The notes under the pieces: generated by a model
Told to the model about the DNA's origin: nothing
Seen by the model: the letters and a program-made list of their open reading frames with translations, nothing else
The model's database searches: none
Part shown: positions 19,896 to 34,800 of the stretch, piece by piece
Layout: the number at the start of each line of letters is the position of its first letter
Position numbering within the stretch: position 1 is the stretch's first letter
Source of the DNA: Tubulanus polymorphus
Taxonomy: Eukaryota > Animalia > Nemertea
Assembly (NCBI RefSeq): GCF_964204645.1
Contig: NC_134027.1
Location: 24,452,560-24,516,559 of the forward strand
Direction: 5' to 3'
DNA length: 64,000 nucleotides
Program-made: the position numbers and the translations under genes

Positions 19896-22800
19896 ATGTA
19901 TTTTCTGACTGCGAGGAGCTGGTTGGTATCTGCTGCATTGGTGATGGTACAAATAATCGTAAATGGCATCGTCGTCAGTGGCGCGTCATCGTCGCCGTAT
20001 GTCCAAGAACAGACGTGCGGCCACAAATACAATGACGTATTAGACTGTTCAAAAGACTCACTGGTAAGTTTTACTACTGTAAAACCCGAATGAGGTAAAA
20101 ATCCCCCCCAAGTTCAGTTTTCTATCAAACTTAAGTATAAAACCTAAATGAAATAGATAATACTTTTAAGGATACATAATATTTAGGGTACCTAGATATT
20201 TTGATATTACTTTTACGTTAGATTTCCTCATAGAAACTTTCAAAACTACCATAATATCATTTTTTTACACGTTGCTCGCTAAAAGTCACAGACTGATGTC
20301 ATTTTTTATGCACTTGATAAAAGTCACAGATCAACCAAGGTGAATATCGTGAAAAACACCACGGAAAATTTGAAATGTTTGATGTTTTTCAAGATGAGAA
20401 TATTGGAAGTATTTTATTTGATTTTGCTGTGAAATCCAAATTGGGGGATTTTTACCTAGGGGGAATTTTTACCTGTTACCGTTCGTTAAACCCCTCTTAA
20501 GTCAACACCTTTATAGGACCGAGCAAATAAATGATTCGCCCTCAAAAATTAGGTGCGGCAGCCGACTTAGTGGTTTTGAAATGGATTTCAGCAAAAAAGA
20601 GCCGCGAAATGTTATATCACAACTACTCGTTATAGACCCGGTTCTGGTCTTCACGATGATACTAGCACCTGGAGTATGAAAGCTTCCCGCGTAAAAACTG
20701 CCCGTAAATTTGATAGAAACGTTTTGTCGTCGATATTTTTGAATAATAACCCTTGACAATATGATTTACGGCGAACGCGATAAAGGCCTTTTTCTTATCG
20801 ATGAACTCGGTTCTCTTATAGTCACGTTTTGGCGAGATAAGATTGTCATTCGGCAGTAAATAAGCATGGGTATCACGAAGGGACTGGGTGCTCCCATTGG
20901 TATATCAATATGTAGAACTATAATCCTGGTTTTGAACTATAAGAAATCGAGAAATTTTATGCCAGTCCGTAGTCATTTCTATTTTATAATGATAATAATA
21001 GTAATTAATGAAAATCATTGTCAATTGTGAAGGTATCCAAACTAGAGTCTGTTCAGATGCGCTCCAAACTCGGTATTAGCGGCGGTAGCGAACTTGGTGG
21101 TAGCCCACGCCACTATTTTATCGTATAGTCACAATATAACAACTTAAGACCAGTCTAGGCACGTTTTGGTTCTACTTAAGACTAGTCTAAGCTCAGCTCT
21201 CTTTGGTTCTATCCAAGCAATCTAAGCTGGTTTAGAACAACGAGACTAGCTATTTTGAAGCTTATTTTGGTTTTCCAGTTAAATCCGCGTGATCCGGATC
21301 CTGATAGACTGACGATTTTTGGCCAGATTATCTTGAAATCCGGATTACTTGAATAAGGAAACTTTCACCCAAAATTTGAAAAATCTGGTTTTAAGAGTAT
21401 GGTCAGACAAGGTCGGCACTGGGACGTAGACCTTTCAGTATGAAACATACCAAGTCTCCATCGTGAGAAGATAAGGTTTTTAGAGCTCACTTCTCAAAAT
21501 TGCGACATGAGTATCTGACTGGGAACATTACATGACATGACCACAGAAAGAACTTCACTTCCCAGAACAATCGAAGTCAAAAAAATCATCTTTCATTCTT
21601 CATGAAAATGGTATTCTCTAATTTTGATTCGCTTCAACCTGATAAAAGTACTTTAAAAAGCGACATTTGGACTATAGAATTACAACGCAATACGGATTAA
21701 CAATATTGGATTAACTGATGATTCCATTAGAAAAATGTATTGAAAAGAACTGGGGCTAAACATATGTTGGCATAAACGGAAAATCCGGATTACGGATTAA
21801 CCCAATATGGATTAAGTGGATTTGACTGTCTGGTCAATTCAAAGAACATACGAAATACCAGTCTCAGATTCTCAGATTTTAGATCATCTTTCTACTGAAG
21901 ATACGACTGGTTGAGATTTAGATTTCAAAATCTCAAGGCTGGTTCGTTGGCAAGTTGTTAGATCGGCTATAGAACTAGGAGATGGTTGGAACCAGTCCCC
22001 GAGTCTTAATTGTAAACTGAGTGCTCGGCTGTTTTGTCTTTATTTATCATCCTAGTCATTTATCTTGTCTTTCAGCCTCACGTACAGTGTACCGTTATAC
22101 AGGACAGTAACTGTGAGTAATAATTATTATATGGCATTTTAAACTAGGTATGCGCGTATTTCATTCGGCATATCTATGACAGAGTTCGGGTTTTTAGTGC
22201 GGTTAATTATTACGCTATTAACGGTGGACTTTGTTGATATGTGCGTAACATAAAAACCCACCGGTTCTGATGATGATATCCAAGTGACATAAAATGACTA
22301 TTAGTGACGCATGAATCAACGAGTGCTGTTGCTCTTCTGCTCAAATACATGATTGAACTCAAAATGCAGAATCAGAAAATAAAACTGGGCCTGGTTGTTC
22401 TGTAGTTGTCGTTTTGATCTAACCATTTCAGTATGTGCCCCGCTATGCGGTGTATAGTCAACCTACCCTAATTCACACCTAACCCGTGGTGCAATGTACA
22501 ATCCACCCACCCTATATTGCACTTACCCTGTGGTGCAATGTAAAATCCACCCACCCTGTATTGCACTTACCCTGTGGTGCAATGTAAAATCCACCCACCC
22601 TGTATTGCACTTACCCTGTGATGCAATGTAAAATCCACCCACCCTATATTGCACCTTACCCTGTGGAGTAATGTACAATACACCCACCCTATATTGCACT
22701 TACCCTGTGGTGCAATGTAAAATCCACCCACCCATTATTGCTCCTTACCCTGTGGTGCAATGTAAAATCCACCCACCCTATATTGCATATACCCTGTGGA

Positions 22801-25800
22801 GTGATGTACAATACACCCACCCTATATTGCATATACCCTGTGGAGTGATGTACAATACACCCACCCTATATTGCATATACCCTGTGGAGTAATGTACAAT
22901 ACACCCACCCTATATTGCAACTACCCTATGGTGCGATGCATAATGAAATATACCATAGTGGTCAGTTGAGTTTGACTTTGTAGTTGAATTGCTTTTTTTC
23001 AAATTTTCTAAACCTTGGTTCAGAAAGCGTTGGTAATTTCAAAATCTTGGAAGCTATTTTGTCCCTCAGAAATATATTTCGTATAATTTGAGCCGGCGTG
23101 TACTCTTCGTTTAAGAATCCACACAGGTATCCGGAGGGTTGTAACCCAATATTCCATTCTCCCCCAAAAGCTAGATCCACCCCTGATCCGTGTTTGAACC
23201 AAGTGCGTTGAGAGTTGCAAAAATTCTGACCGATTATCTGACCGGCTTTCTTAGTTCATTATAGACTATACTGTGCGATTAGATTGTACGTGCTGAATAC
23301 GTAATACCGGTATATCAGGCCCGAAAGAAATCAATCTTTGATTTAACGATGTTTTTCATGATCTATATAAACCGTGATATGATTAAAGCGCAGTTGATTA
23401 AACTGGAATGAATGATATGTACGCAGTGTGCCGTTATTGAAAAAGATAAGATTAGTACATCATAAAAAGACGAAATTACCGAAACCCAAAGTTAAATCTT
23501 CATTATCTTATGTCGTGATTAAAACATTTTACGGTCGCATGCTGCCAGGGGGACTGAAGGTTGTTTTTTTTAAGCAGTAATTTGACGAATTTCACGCGTG
23601 ATTTTGCGAAATCAAGGGAAGTTTTCCCGTTAGACATGAATTTGAGAAGTACTTTGTGAACGTGAATTTTGATGAAAATCTGTGTGATTTCACGAATCGC
23701 TTGCTATATTGATTCTCATGCTTCCAATGCATTATTTTCTTTATTATAGAAAAAACTATTTTCACGAATTTCACGCATGAATTATGAATTAGTCAAAATA
23801 TGGTCGTGAAATTGTTAATTTCTTCATTTTCTTGCCTGAAAACATTTATTCTTACCCTATCGTCCCCCTGATCTTATGTTGGGTGATATTATTGTCAGTT
23901 AATTTAATTCAATATTTCTCATTATCTATATGCTACGAGGAAGAGGCTTATATGTCTCGCAAGGGAGGAACATGGTTTCATGATGCCAGCAGTTTCAAAT
24001 CTCTGTGAAGGAGGAACATGCCAGAGTCTCACAACGCCTTCAGGCTCAAATCCCTGACAAAGAGAAATGAGGCTATCTAGTTCATTTGGGATGTTTTGAA
24101 GATACTTCAATTGATTGTCTTGATATTTGGTTTATACATGTATCTACCCTATAAAGCACATCTTCAGTCCAAAACTGGCCCGATCAGATTTAAGATTGCC
24201 GACTGGCAGCCATTTTAGTTTGCTGAAATCAGCACTTAATACACATTTTTGAAGTTTAAGGGAAAATTTGAAGATTTGCTTCGATCAATTATCTCGACCT
24301 TTCACGGATGTTTGTTTTACTCCATGGCCCATAGGCATGAGTAAAATGCGGTCGACAGGACTTTTTTCCTGAATTCCAAGACCTGTAGCTTCCTTTTATA
24401 GTTTTTGGCACTTACCATGAAAATTCATGATGGGTATACTTAGGGACGGGATTGTAAACATATCAGTCTAGTATGGCAGGGTTTCATACCGTGGCGAGTC
24501 TCGGTGCCATCAGGTTCGAATCCCGGCAAGCAGGGGTTGGGGTTACCTATCTTTTTGTTCTTGTCACCAAGGCGAGTTGAATATTGAATTATGTACAATT
24601 TGTCTATATATATCATGGTAGCTGGACATATCTTGTTACCACAACCAATGACATTTTTTATGTTGTGAGTTTCAAGGTCATTGGTTGTGGTACATGGTCA
24701 CCAGGGGGCGCTGAATAGCCAAATAACTTGATATTATTTTTCGTATGGTATGTACCTGAGCATATTTTGTAACCACAATCAATTGCAAAATTTTAGCTGG
24801 TGACATTGTCTATGATTATGATGATTATAAGGTCATTGGTTTTTGTATATGTTCACCAGGGGGCATTGAATATTAATATTTTCTGATTGTTGAGCATTTC
24901 AAACCACTTAACAAGTGGGCGTGGTGTCCCTGGACCCCCTGTACCCCTAATTCGTAAGCCAGAATGAATGTTTTCTATGGGATCAGGGCAATAAAACATT
25001 ATTCCTGTTATCAATCCTTTCATCTTTATATTTAAAGTCTGTAAACATGGTACTCTGTATACTGATGGCAGTGATGGTTGGCCTCTTAAACCGAGGGAAT
25101 TGAAACTGTTACCATATCAACACGAGTATAAAGAAGGAGGCATTGTTCGTTTAGTATCAACTGTTATTATTCAGTGGCAGCCTTCATATAATGGTAAGTT
25201 ATCAATATACGGCTAAAAGCTTCCAAGATAATTTCAACCCACTTAGGGAGGGCATAGCCCCAGAGGGCTGTTGCGTCCATTGTTCGCACTTATTTCGGGA
25301 AGTTTTGAACATGCTTCAATGGATTGTTTTTAGCCCGCTTGGTCAGAGGCCATCATTCGTGCTTATGCTTTACCCCTGTGTCAGGTTTCTTGTGAACATT
25401 ACAGACCACAAATTTTTGTCTTCAATTGGATTCGGATATATTGTGTATGACCCAAACATCTGGGACAAGACTGATACTTGTGGTAAACGGATCCAAGATG
25501 GCTAATAGGTGGCCATCTTGGTTTCTGAAAATGCACTTTTTGGCTATCAATTGATATGATATTCCATACGTAGCTTTCATTTTTCATATGAAGATGTGAA
25601 ATGGAGACCAAACTAGGTCATGATATCCTCCAATATGGCAGACTGGCAGCCATCTTGGTTTCTGAAAATGCACGTTTTGATACGATAGGACTGATATATT
25701 CCATGTTGAGCTTTCATTTTTATATGAGGATATTATGGCCGACTCGCGGCCATGTCTAATTCAGAAATAAATGTTTTGTTCATCAACTAAAAAATCCTCC

Positions 25801-28800
25801 AGTTAGAACCATCATATTTCATAATTCAACTGAAGTGACCTATTTCATGACTAAACTAGGTCTTGATGTCATCCAAAATTGCCGAATGGATTCTGAAATT
25901 ATACATTTTGGTCATCAACTCGAAACGTTTCGCAGATAAAGCTTTGATATTTCATATAAATTAGTCACTTGCGTGACCTGTCAAATGACTAAGCTAGGAT
26001 GGCCGAATGGCTGACTGCCTTCACTTTAGCACCTCACCAAGCGGGCTTAGATGCATTCGTATCTTGTTCCAAATTTTCTGCATGAGTGTTGAGTTTCAAG
26101 GTCATCTGTGTTCTGCGTGTTCACGAGGGGGCTTTGAATTTTGAAACTGTCAGATTGTCAAACATTTCGCCGAGTGGGCACAGTGTCACAGGACCCCGAG
26201 TTCAAATACCCAATTATAGAAGATCTGCTATTTTTCTAAAATTCCAGCTAATTTGCGGATGTTGCGAGGATACGAAATCAAACTAAGCTCTGGCAATGAA
26301 ACGCTCTGTAGAACGTTTCATTTCGGTAATGAGACCTGGGTGAGAGATGGCCGCAGGTTGCTGAATTATAGAGAAAAGGTCGTTATCTTCCCAATATACG
26401 GCATTCCAGATACCAGAGCATAACATGAACTGATTATAAAAATTGTTTACGTGCTTCGCAGATATTTACGTACGATTGCCTGCTCAAACTTAAAAGCAAG
26501 AAGAACTGGGAAGTAACTGTTACGAGTTTACCCATTTACAAGGCTGAAAGACACCAACAAGAGACATCTTTAACGTTCTATTCACAGCTATCAGCTCGTA
26601 TGTATAAACTGACGATACACGTTTCATCTTTTGTCCCAGTCGATAATTAAGGTCAATATTCTTTCAGATTTTGGTCATCTAAACTTGTGTTCAGTTCTTC
26701 ACCTGAGAGGTTTTTAACAAGTTGAGTGCCAGTTACGAATTAACTCCAGGGTCCCTATGACTATTTGAATCCTTGAAAACTCCATCCAAACCAATAATGT
26801 TTGTCAAGGTCCTTGAATATCCTTGAATTTGAGAAAAATGCCCAAAAGTCCTTGAAAAATCCTTGAATCTTGAGAAATTTACAATTACAAAATGTTTAGG
26901 TCTTAGACCTGTAGTCATAGGCCATATACACACAGATTCTACCTATATAAATGGTTTATCGAGATACGCAGTACCAATTTAGGAGTAATTTACAGTAATG
27001 GGGATATGAAAGTGATAAATACACTCCTCGAAATTTGAAATTTCCTCCTTGAAAACTCCTTAAAAAGTCCTTGAATTCTAGAATGACTGATCTATAGGGA
27101 CCCTGTAACTCGTGCAGATTCTTCATATTTACAATAAGATATTTTGCACACAGTTCCGGATTAGCTGGCAATATAAACGTATCATTCATTGTACGTATTA
27201 ACGCACTCGGATGGTAAAAAACATGTTAATGGGAATTGATCTGCAAACTCCAGACATAAGACATCAAAAACTGTCATCCACATTTCACATGTGTTCAGCA
27301 CTTCACCTTTCAGGACATTTCTAATTGAAAAAAGAACTATAAACATCAGACATTAGGCATTTTATCAGCAAACTTTCAAAATCTGTTCATCCATGCTTCA
27401 CATGTGTTCATTACTTCATCTGAGACATTTTTTAATTGAAAAAGAACTACAAACTATAAACATCCGACAATAGGCATTTTATCAGTACACTTTCAAAAAG
27501 TATTCATCCATATTTCACATGTGTTCAGTACTTCACATGAGACATTTTTAACCGAAAATGAACTAGGAACACCAGACATTAGACATTTTATCATCACATT
27601 TTCAATTGAAAATGCGTTGTAAAAATTGTTGAGGATTCCTAAGCCCTTTTTTGGGAGAACGAATTTAAAAAGACTGCTAAACTTAACATTTTCACCGTTT
27701 GTTCAGAAGGTGGCAACCAGTGGTTTGAAGCAATCTTGGGATATCCCCTTTAAAAGGAAATTGATTTTCATTCATTTTGGTAAAGGCTTTTACAAAATGT
27801 ATGAAAATCAAAGGATCGTTTGTGGCAAGATTTAAAAGAAAGGCTCTTTGTATCTATCTGCAGGTGGTTCTCAACGTATAAAGAGTTCCAAGGATTGGTA
27901 TACGTGGATCATTTTCAAAAGGCTCGAGCTCGAAGGTAAAATAACGGTGACGACCAACCTCACGAACGACTACAATCTTCGCAAATTTAAGATCCGTTTA
28001 TACGACACGGTAAACAACAAATCCGTTTTTAAGAAAGATGATCTTTTCAGCGTAAGTAAATCTGAAACTCTGTGACAATTGTATCGATATTAAGTTACGT
28101 TATTCTTTGAACAAATGTAGCCATTGATTAAAGTGAACTTTTTTTGAAAAAGTACTCCATTCGCAGCTGAAAGTTACTTGTAATTTGGTCCATTCAATCA
28201 TCAACGTTTCCGAGATTTATCTAAATTACTGTTTCATCACTGTTTCTCTCTGACGATGAGATTTTGTATAATTTCAAAATGCTACAATTGTAAACTTGGT
28301 CGTATCACATTCGCTCATCACTCCTTTGAAACTCTTTCAATTTTGAGAAAAAGGCAATTTGAAATTTAAACTAGACTACGCCTTGATTGAAATTGATACA
28401 GTTGGAACCAGGATTCTTTTTGCCCAATAAGAAATTTACCAAAATAAGATTCTACGTAGGTAGTGTTAGGAAAAAAATTTTCTAACGGAAACCTCTGAAT
28501 AACCGGTTTACCGAAACAGTACCGATATTAAAATAATTTTGAATTGAAAAATTAATTTTGAATTGTTCTTTTCCCCTATGACTCGTTTTAGTCGAATAAG
28601 TCAAAAGTAAGTTATTTGCATGTTTTTTTTTCATATTTCTTTTATCAGAAAAATTTGACTGCGTCTTTTTTCTGCATTTTGCCTTTCAACTTATCTACAT
28701 TTTATCGAGACTCTTGCATATTATTAACACATTTCAACCGTTTGTATATAATATGTACATCGTATGCTTCATTCTCTACGTAACTAACAAAACAGACAGC

Positions 28801-31800
28801 TACACACAATATTTGAGGAATATTTGTGAAAAACCTACCCTTAACGATTTAAAGTTGTGATCAGATAAATCGTTTAATTACCTGACTCATCTCTTCTTCG
28901 AGTACCAATTTGTGTTTTTGATTCACTTTAACTAATTATAAATCGTCAACGTAATGATCATCCCGACTTAAGCGACTTAGAGACTTAGATTGTACTTAAG
29001 ACTGAATACATTGATCATGCCGAAAACTATATTTTGAGAAATCGTTTTGAGTAGGTTTTTTATACACATTCCAATTATTCATCTCACTTTCGTTTTTCTC
29101 GATGTAGTTCCGCATAAACGAAGCACTAAGGATAGAAATCGTTATCACGGAATTTTTTCTAATTTTTTCATTCTAACTGAATATTTTCTAACTGAAAAAA
29201 TAATAACAGTAAAATCTGCTTGGGTCCTATCAGACCGGGTGAAATTCATCGAGAAATTGGCAGCATTTAACGATCATTATATTCAACAAGATGTTGTTGA
29301 CTTTAAAGGTAGGTTTCGATTGGTCTCTACCGATTCCGGAATTCTCTACTGGCGCATTCACAGTTTAATGCATAATCTGTAAACCTGATAGAAGTGACCG
29401 GTAGAGAGTTCATAATCCAGAATTGATATTCCTGAACTGGAATACATCCAATCTAGACCTGCCTTACAAGTAACAAAACGTCTGGATAAGAAATGAAAGA
29501 TTCAGCGGGGATCAGTTGCCTAATAGTTGGTTAAAGTTTACCATACCAGTCGATAATTTATTTGGTACCAGTTGAAGCTATGTTGCCACAATGGTAGTTT
29601 TAGGGTATTTAGCATGGTCCAAAGCACAGATGTCAATGGTAAACTGACTAACGTTCATTACATTTCATTACTTTTTCTGCGGAGTCTTTGTTGTTGATAA
29701 CAATGATAATGATGGTATCTATTTCATCAATAAAGAATTGCTGAAATACAAGAAACACAGAGGATTAGAAAATCGATGATAGGCACCTGAACAGAGCCAA
29801 TAAAGGCTGTACAATCACTAGTTCAGGCCCCTTGAAAAGTTTGATAATAGTAAGTAACGTTGATAATGGTAATGATGATAACGATAAAAGTAATGATATT
29901 CTTAACCAAGAACTCTGCAACTGGGTCCAATTGGGCAACTGAGTCCAAAAGTCTTGTTAAATCGGAGCAGGCAGGTTTTACTGTAGCTCTGCATTTGTGC
30001 ACTTATTTGCTTTCTGGAGATGGTTCTATAGTTGGTCGTCGGGAACTTTTTATCAGCATTTTTGCCGGTCGCGATGACGATGCTCTTTGCTTTTTTTTAG
30101 CATTTCGGACACCGGGCCTGATGTATGTAAGCGGAAAATGTAGGATTTCGATTAAACAATTACCGATGTTTTTCAAAAACTGGAAATCGTATTAAATCGT
30201 TTTCAATTTGGCCTTGTGTTTGCTCGGTTCAACTGTCGTTAAGTTTGACTTAATACGAGTCAAACTCAACTCTCAACTGAAGAACTGGAACCAAGTGGAA
30301 TCAGGGAAAGTTAGAGTTGGCCATGTCCGATATTCCAGCTTTGAAAATATTTTTGTATCACTATATAAATATATGTCATTTACCATAATTATTATTTTTG
30401 GCAGGACGTCATGAATATAACAAAAGTGTGTAGTGGTAAATACCAGATAATGGTGAGTATCAAGGATCCAGTTCCAGTAGTTTGACCAATGTAAAATTAG
30501 TTCATTTCCAAAGTTTTAACTCTTTAAAACCCTTCTCAGTGCTGACTCATCAATACCTGAAAGTCCTGGAGATCATTTGAAAATTTAGAAAAATTCCACC
30601 CCAGCATGTTTGATAAAAGGCACACTGCTATAATGTGTTAACACTGCAGTGCGGTGTATCGTTAGTAACTAACGTTTCACGATGTTTGACAAGTGCTGCC
30701 ATCTTTCAATAGAGGTAAAACTAATCGTGAATAACATCAATACGCCGTGATGCAATGTACTCACCAACTGCGTTACCAATTCATACACAGCACTGTGGTG
30801 TAGATGCAATAAAAAAGGGTTAAGAGTCTAATCGCAACCAAGACTTGTAGTACTCCAGTAGAATACGCTTTTTTGGGGAGGGGGGACTAGAATTCTCTGA
30901 AGCGACGAACAACGACGGGGGGTCCTTATCACATGAAATTGTGTGAGAAGATTTTTAACGCGTAGTTATCTGGAATACGCGATTATGAGGCGATTTGCTT
31001 TGTTGCAGGTGGGCAGTGCGCTGTAGCCTATATTGTGATGATATCTGAATGCGCGATTTAATATTTGAACATTTTGTTCTTGAATCACTTGTTTTATTCG
31101 ACGGATATTTTTTTGACGCCTTATAAAACGTTACCATTATGAAACCTAAACAATGTTAACCATTCAGCGTCATTTTACAAACGACAACCGTAGATCGATG
31201 TGCAAAACGTCACAGGTTTATGTGTACACATACAAGATCTTTGGCAAAATATTATTGATAAAGATGTAGAATGGCTCCCTGTGATTATATAATGACCTCT
31301 ATTTGAACGTCGGAATGTTATATTTCATTGAATATTTTGAGAAGACGTATTGTAATAGTAAAGGAAGTATGATTATATCAGGAGCGGCAGGCATAAATAG
31401 AAATGATAAGTAAAACGGATTATTCGGTTAAATGGCGGATGTATACACGATTTGGAAGTCTGATATAAAAGTCAGACCCTGACATGGGGATGCTAGTGGA
31501 ATGACGAAGCTATCTACGATCTGTGTAGGGCCGGTGTGAATTTCATCAGCGGCTGCTACAAGCGGTCTATATAAAAACGTGTAAACATATAATTTCAATA
31601 TTCAAATGTTCTAGAAAATATGTTCGATATTAGGGGTATGCAGGTTTCATGAGATTAGCAATTTATAATAGCATAGCTATCATATACATCCTCCCTCTGC
31701 AGGGACTCGAACCTGATGGCATCGCTACACTCAGCCACGGCACGAACCCCTGCATCAGTAGACCGGGTGCGCAGGTACATGCGCAGCTTTCCGAACGAAA

Positions 31801-34800
31801 ACTGGCGGCACCAATCAGATTGCTCGTTATATAATCGTTGAGGCAAATTTCAAGGAAGAACTATAAATGGGAAAACCCGGGCTAAAATAAAACGGGATTT
31901 CTGATTGGCTAAAAATCACATCATCTGAACTGCGCATGTATCTGCGCACACGGTCGATTATGGCAGGGTTTCGTGCCGTGGCAATCTCGATGCCATCAGG
32001 TTCGAATCCCTGCCGGAGGAGGATGTGTCATATACGGCTCCGCGTCCACTGATGGCATGTGTATAAGGATATCAATTCAATTCAATACTTTATTGATCCT
32101 TATTACATTGAAATTCCGGGATAAAATTCCCAGATTCAATAAAGTTACAAATTTTAAAATAAGAAAATACAAAATACAAGTCACTAGGGTAATTCATACA
32201 GAATAACATGAATAAGTTATTTAAATGACAATGTCTACTTCCACCCAGACTCAAGTCTAGGATATCGAGTGACAGCCAAACCGGGCCCCGGGACCAGGCC
32301 GGCTGGCTACACGATATGCTCAAAGTCATGATGAAGCAGAAACCAGAAGAGCTCTTTCTTCAACCATGGAGGCAATGACGTTGCAGACCAGCTTAGAGGC
32401 AAAAGTGAATCGAAGTCGGTCACAAGTTGACAATTTTTTTAGAATTAGACCAGTCGAAGACTGTATCATCTACCCAATCGCCAAATCTCATAATTCCCCA
32501 AATTTCTTAAAACTTCGATTTCAATTATGCAATTCCACATTAGCTTATCCCAGAAATTCTACATTTTTTCGCAGGCGTCAAATAATTTATAAGTTAATTT
32601 TCTTGTTTCTTCTTCGTCAGCTTGAACCGGATGATCCGTACTGGAACGAACAGGGAAGCTGTTTGTGTAAGACGGAATATGATGTATGCAAAAGATGTAC
32701 AGTGACCGTAACGCAACCATTTAAATTTGACAGCAGTGAGTGAATGTATTTTGTCTAATTTTGGCTGCAGCCTTGAATTGGGGCAGTTTTGAAGTCCGGT
32801 AGCGAGCGTCGAGCCAGGAAAGTATGAATGAAACGCCGAGGTCTTGTTCAAGTTACTTTCACAGGGAGCAGAAAAATAAATACATACACTAGACTTCGGG
32901 GCAATGGGACTTCGAATATCTCACCGGGTCCTTGACATTTTAGGGCGCCTTCAAAATTTAGGGGAGGGCTCGCCTAGATTCCCTTGGACACTCTAAAACT
33001 AAAACTTGCATTCCAGGGTTTCGTGTCCTGAAAAATTCCGAAAAATTATTTCATACAAGCAGCCATTTCTGGAAAAGAAATTGCACGTATAAAAGTTGTA
33101 AATTGTGTTTTCATTTGAACGGATCGTGCAATCAAGCTTTTTTAGCTCGATTTTTTGACTTGATAATAGATTGTTTACATTTTTGGGGGGGTTTAGAATT
33201 GAAGTCGTGCAACAAAGAAGCGACCACGCCGAGAACAACGACGACAGCGGCAGCGATCGCAACTAAAAACATACAAACGACACCTACTCGACCTCCGGTG
33301 GTACGAACAACGCAACAACCTTCGAGTTGGTTGACGACCGTCTTAGTTCCGATATCGATCGTCGTCCTTATTGTAGTAATCTTGCTGATCGTGCTGCTGT
33401 TCAGGAAATCAAAATGTTCTGTCATTTATTATTTCATAAAACCACCGCCTTTTGGTAAGTATCATCTTTCTATAATTACCGTTTACTCAGAAATAATCAG
33501 TTTCCCACCGTATTAGAAAATCGGGAAAACTTTGGGAAAGTTCTTATAGAGATATGGATAGGATTTCCACTAATCTGTACGTACGCCCCTTCGTGATATA
33601 CGAGATGATTTTTTTTTCATAAGTTCAACTTATATGTTCGAATTTCGACTTATTATGTCGAAATCCGACTAATCATCTCGAATTTCGAAATAAAAGTAAC
33701 TCAAAATTCGACATAATAATTTCTACGTAACGATAACTTGAATTTTGACGTAATAGTCGAAATTAGACAATAGTCGAAATTCGTCACAATTAACTCGAAA
33801 TCCAATATAATAAGTCGAATTTCGACAATGCGTTTGCCATTTGTGTCATAAAACTAGTGATGTATTGAAGACTTTATCGAAAATAGAATTTACTGATTGA
33901 AAAAATATCTATTTTATTCTTGGGAAATTCAATGATTTCATATGAATGATGCTTTTACATTTCAGCATCAACTGCTTGTCCGTTCCCTCCTGAAATCCGC
34001 GAACAAATTGAAGGTAAATTCTTCACATTGACTAAGTTTACAAAAGTGATGCGGCCGATAAGCAAAAACAAGGCATCATTATATTTTTAGCATTAACCTC
34101 ATTTTCTTATAATTTAACGCAGGTAATTCGGGTCTGGTGGCGTCGAAATTGAAAATTTTCGTTCTCTACGAATTCGGCCGCGATGAAGCACACCACGAAA
34201 TCGTGTTGCTGTTCTGCCGTCTGCTGAGCGTGCACGGCGACGTCAACGTTACGATGGCCGACAACGCGACGCTCGCGATCAACAAACGCGGCAACATTAC
34301 GCAGTGGATCGTGAACGAGTTCGCGTCGGCCGACCGAATCGTGATCATCAACTCGCGACACTCGCGCGACTGTTACAATCGCTACTGTAGCGGCGCCGGC
34401 GCCGCGGAGCAGACGGATCGCTGTAACTCGAGCACGCGCACCTTGTTCGCGACCGCGACCGACCTGCTCGAGAAAGAATACGAGATCAACAAGTCGAAGT
34501 TGGTTAACGCGTATTTCGCGTACGACGACCCGGCGACGTGTTTGATACCGAAGTTCCGAACGGGTGTCGAACACCGGCTGATGTTCGAGCTGGCGAAGTT
34601 CTATTTGCACCTACACGGCCGCGAAGTCGTCGACGACGATTGGCTGGTGAACAACGTCAGGAAGTTCAACTTCGACGAGTTCACCGATTTCCCCGAAGGG
34701 CGGCAGCTCGCGCAGCGCATGGCTGCTAAATATGACAATAAAGACAGCGGGTTCTCGCTTGACAGCGGAATCAACCCGCGCCTGTTCCCCGACGTTGGAA

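Noticed and set aside
33966-34013. TRAF6-binding PxExxE motif (PPEIRE) in gene A
   Set aside because: Low-information pattern and not retained in gene B.
34107-34610. Long antisense ORFs over the SEFIR exons (also 50639-51319) and over MCM2/aquaporin exons
   Set aside because: Shadow ORFs expected from GC-rich codon usage on the opposite strand.
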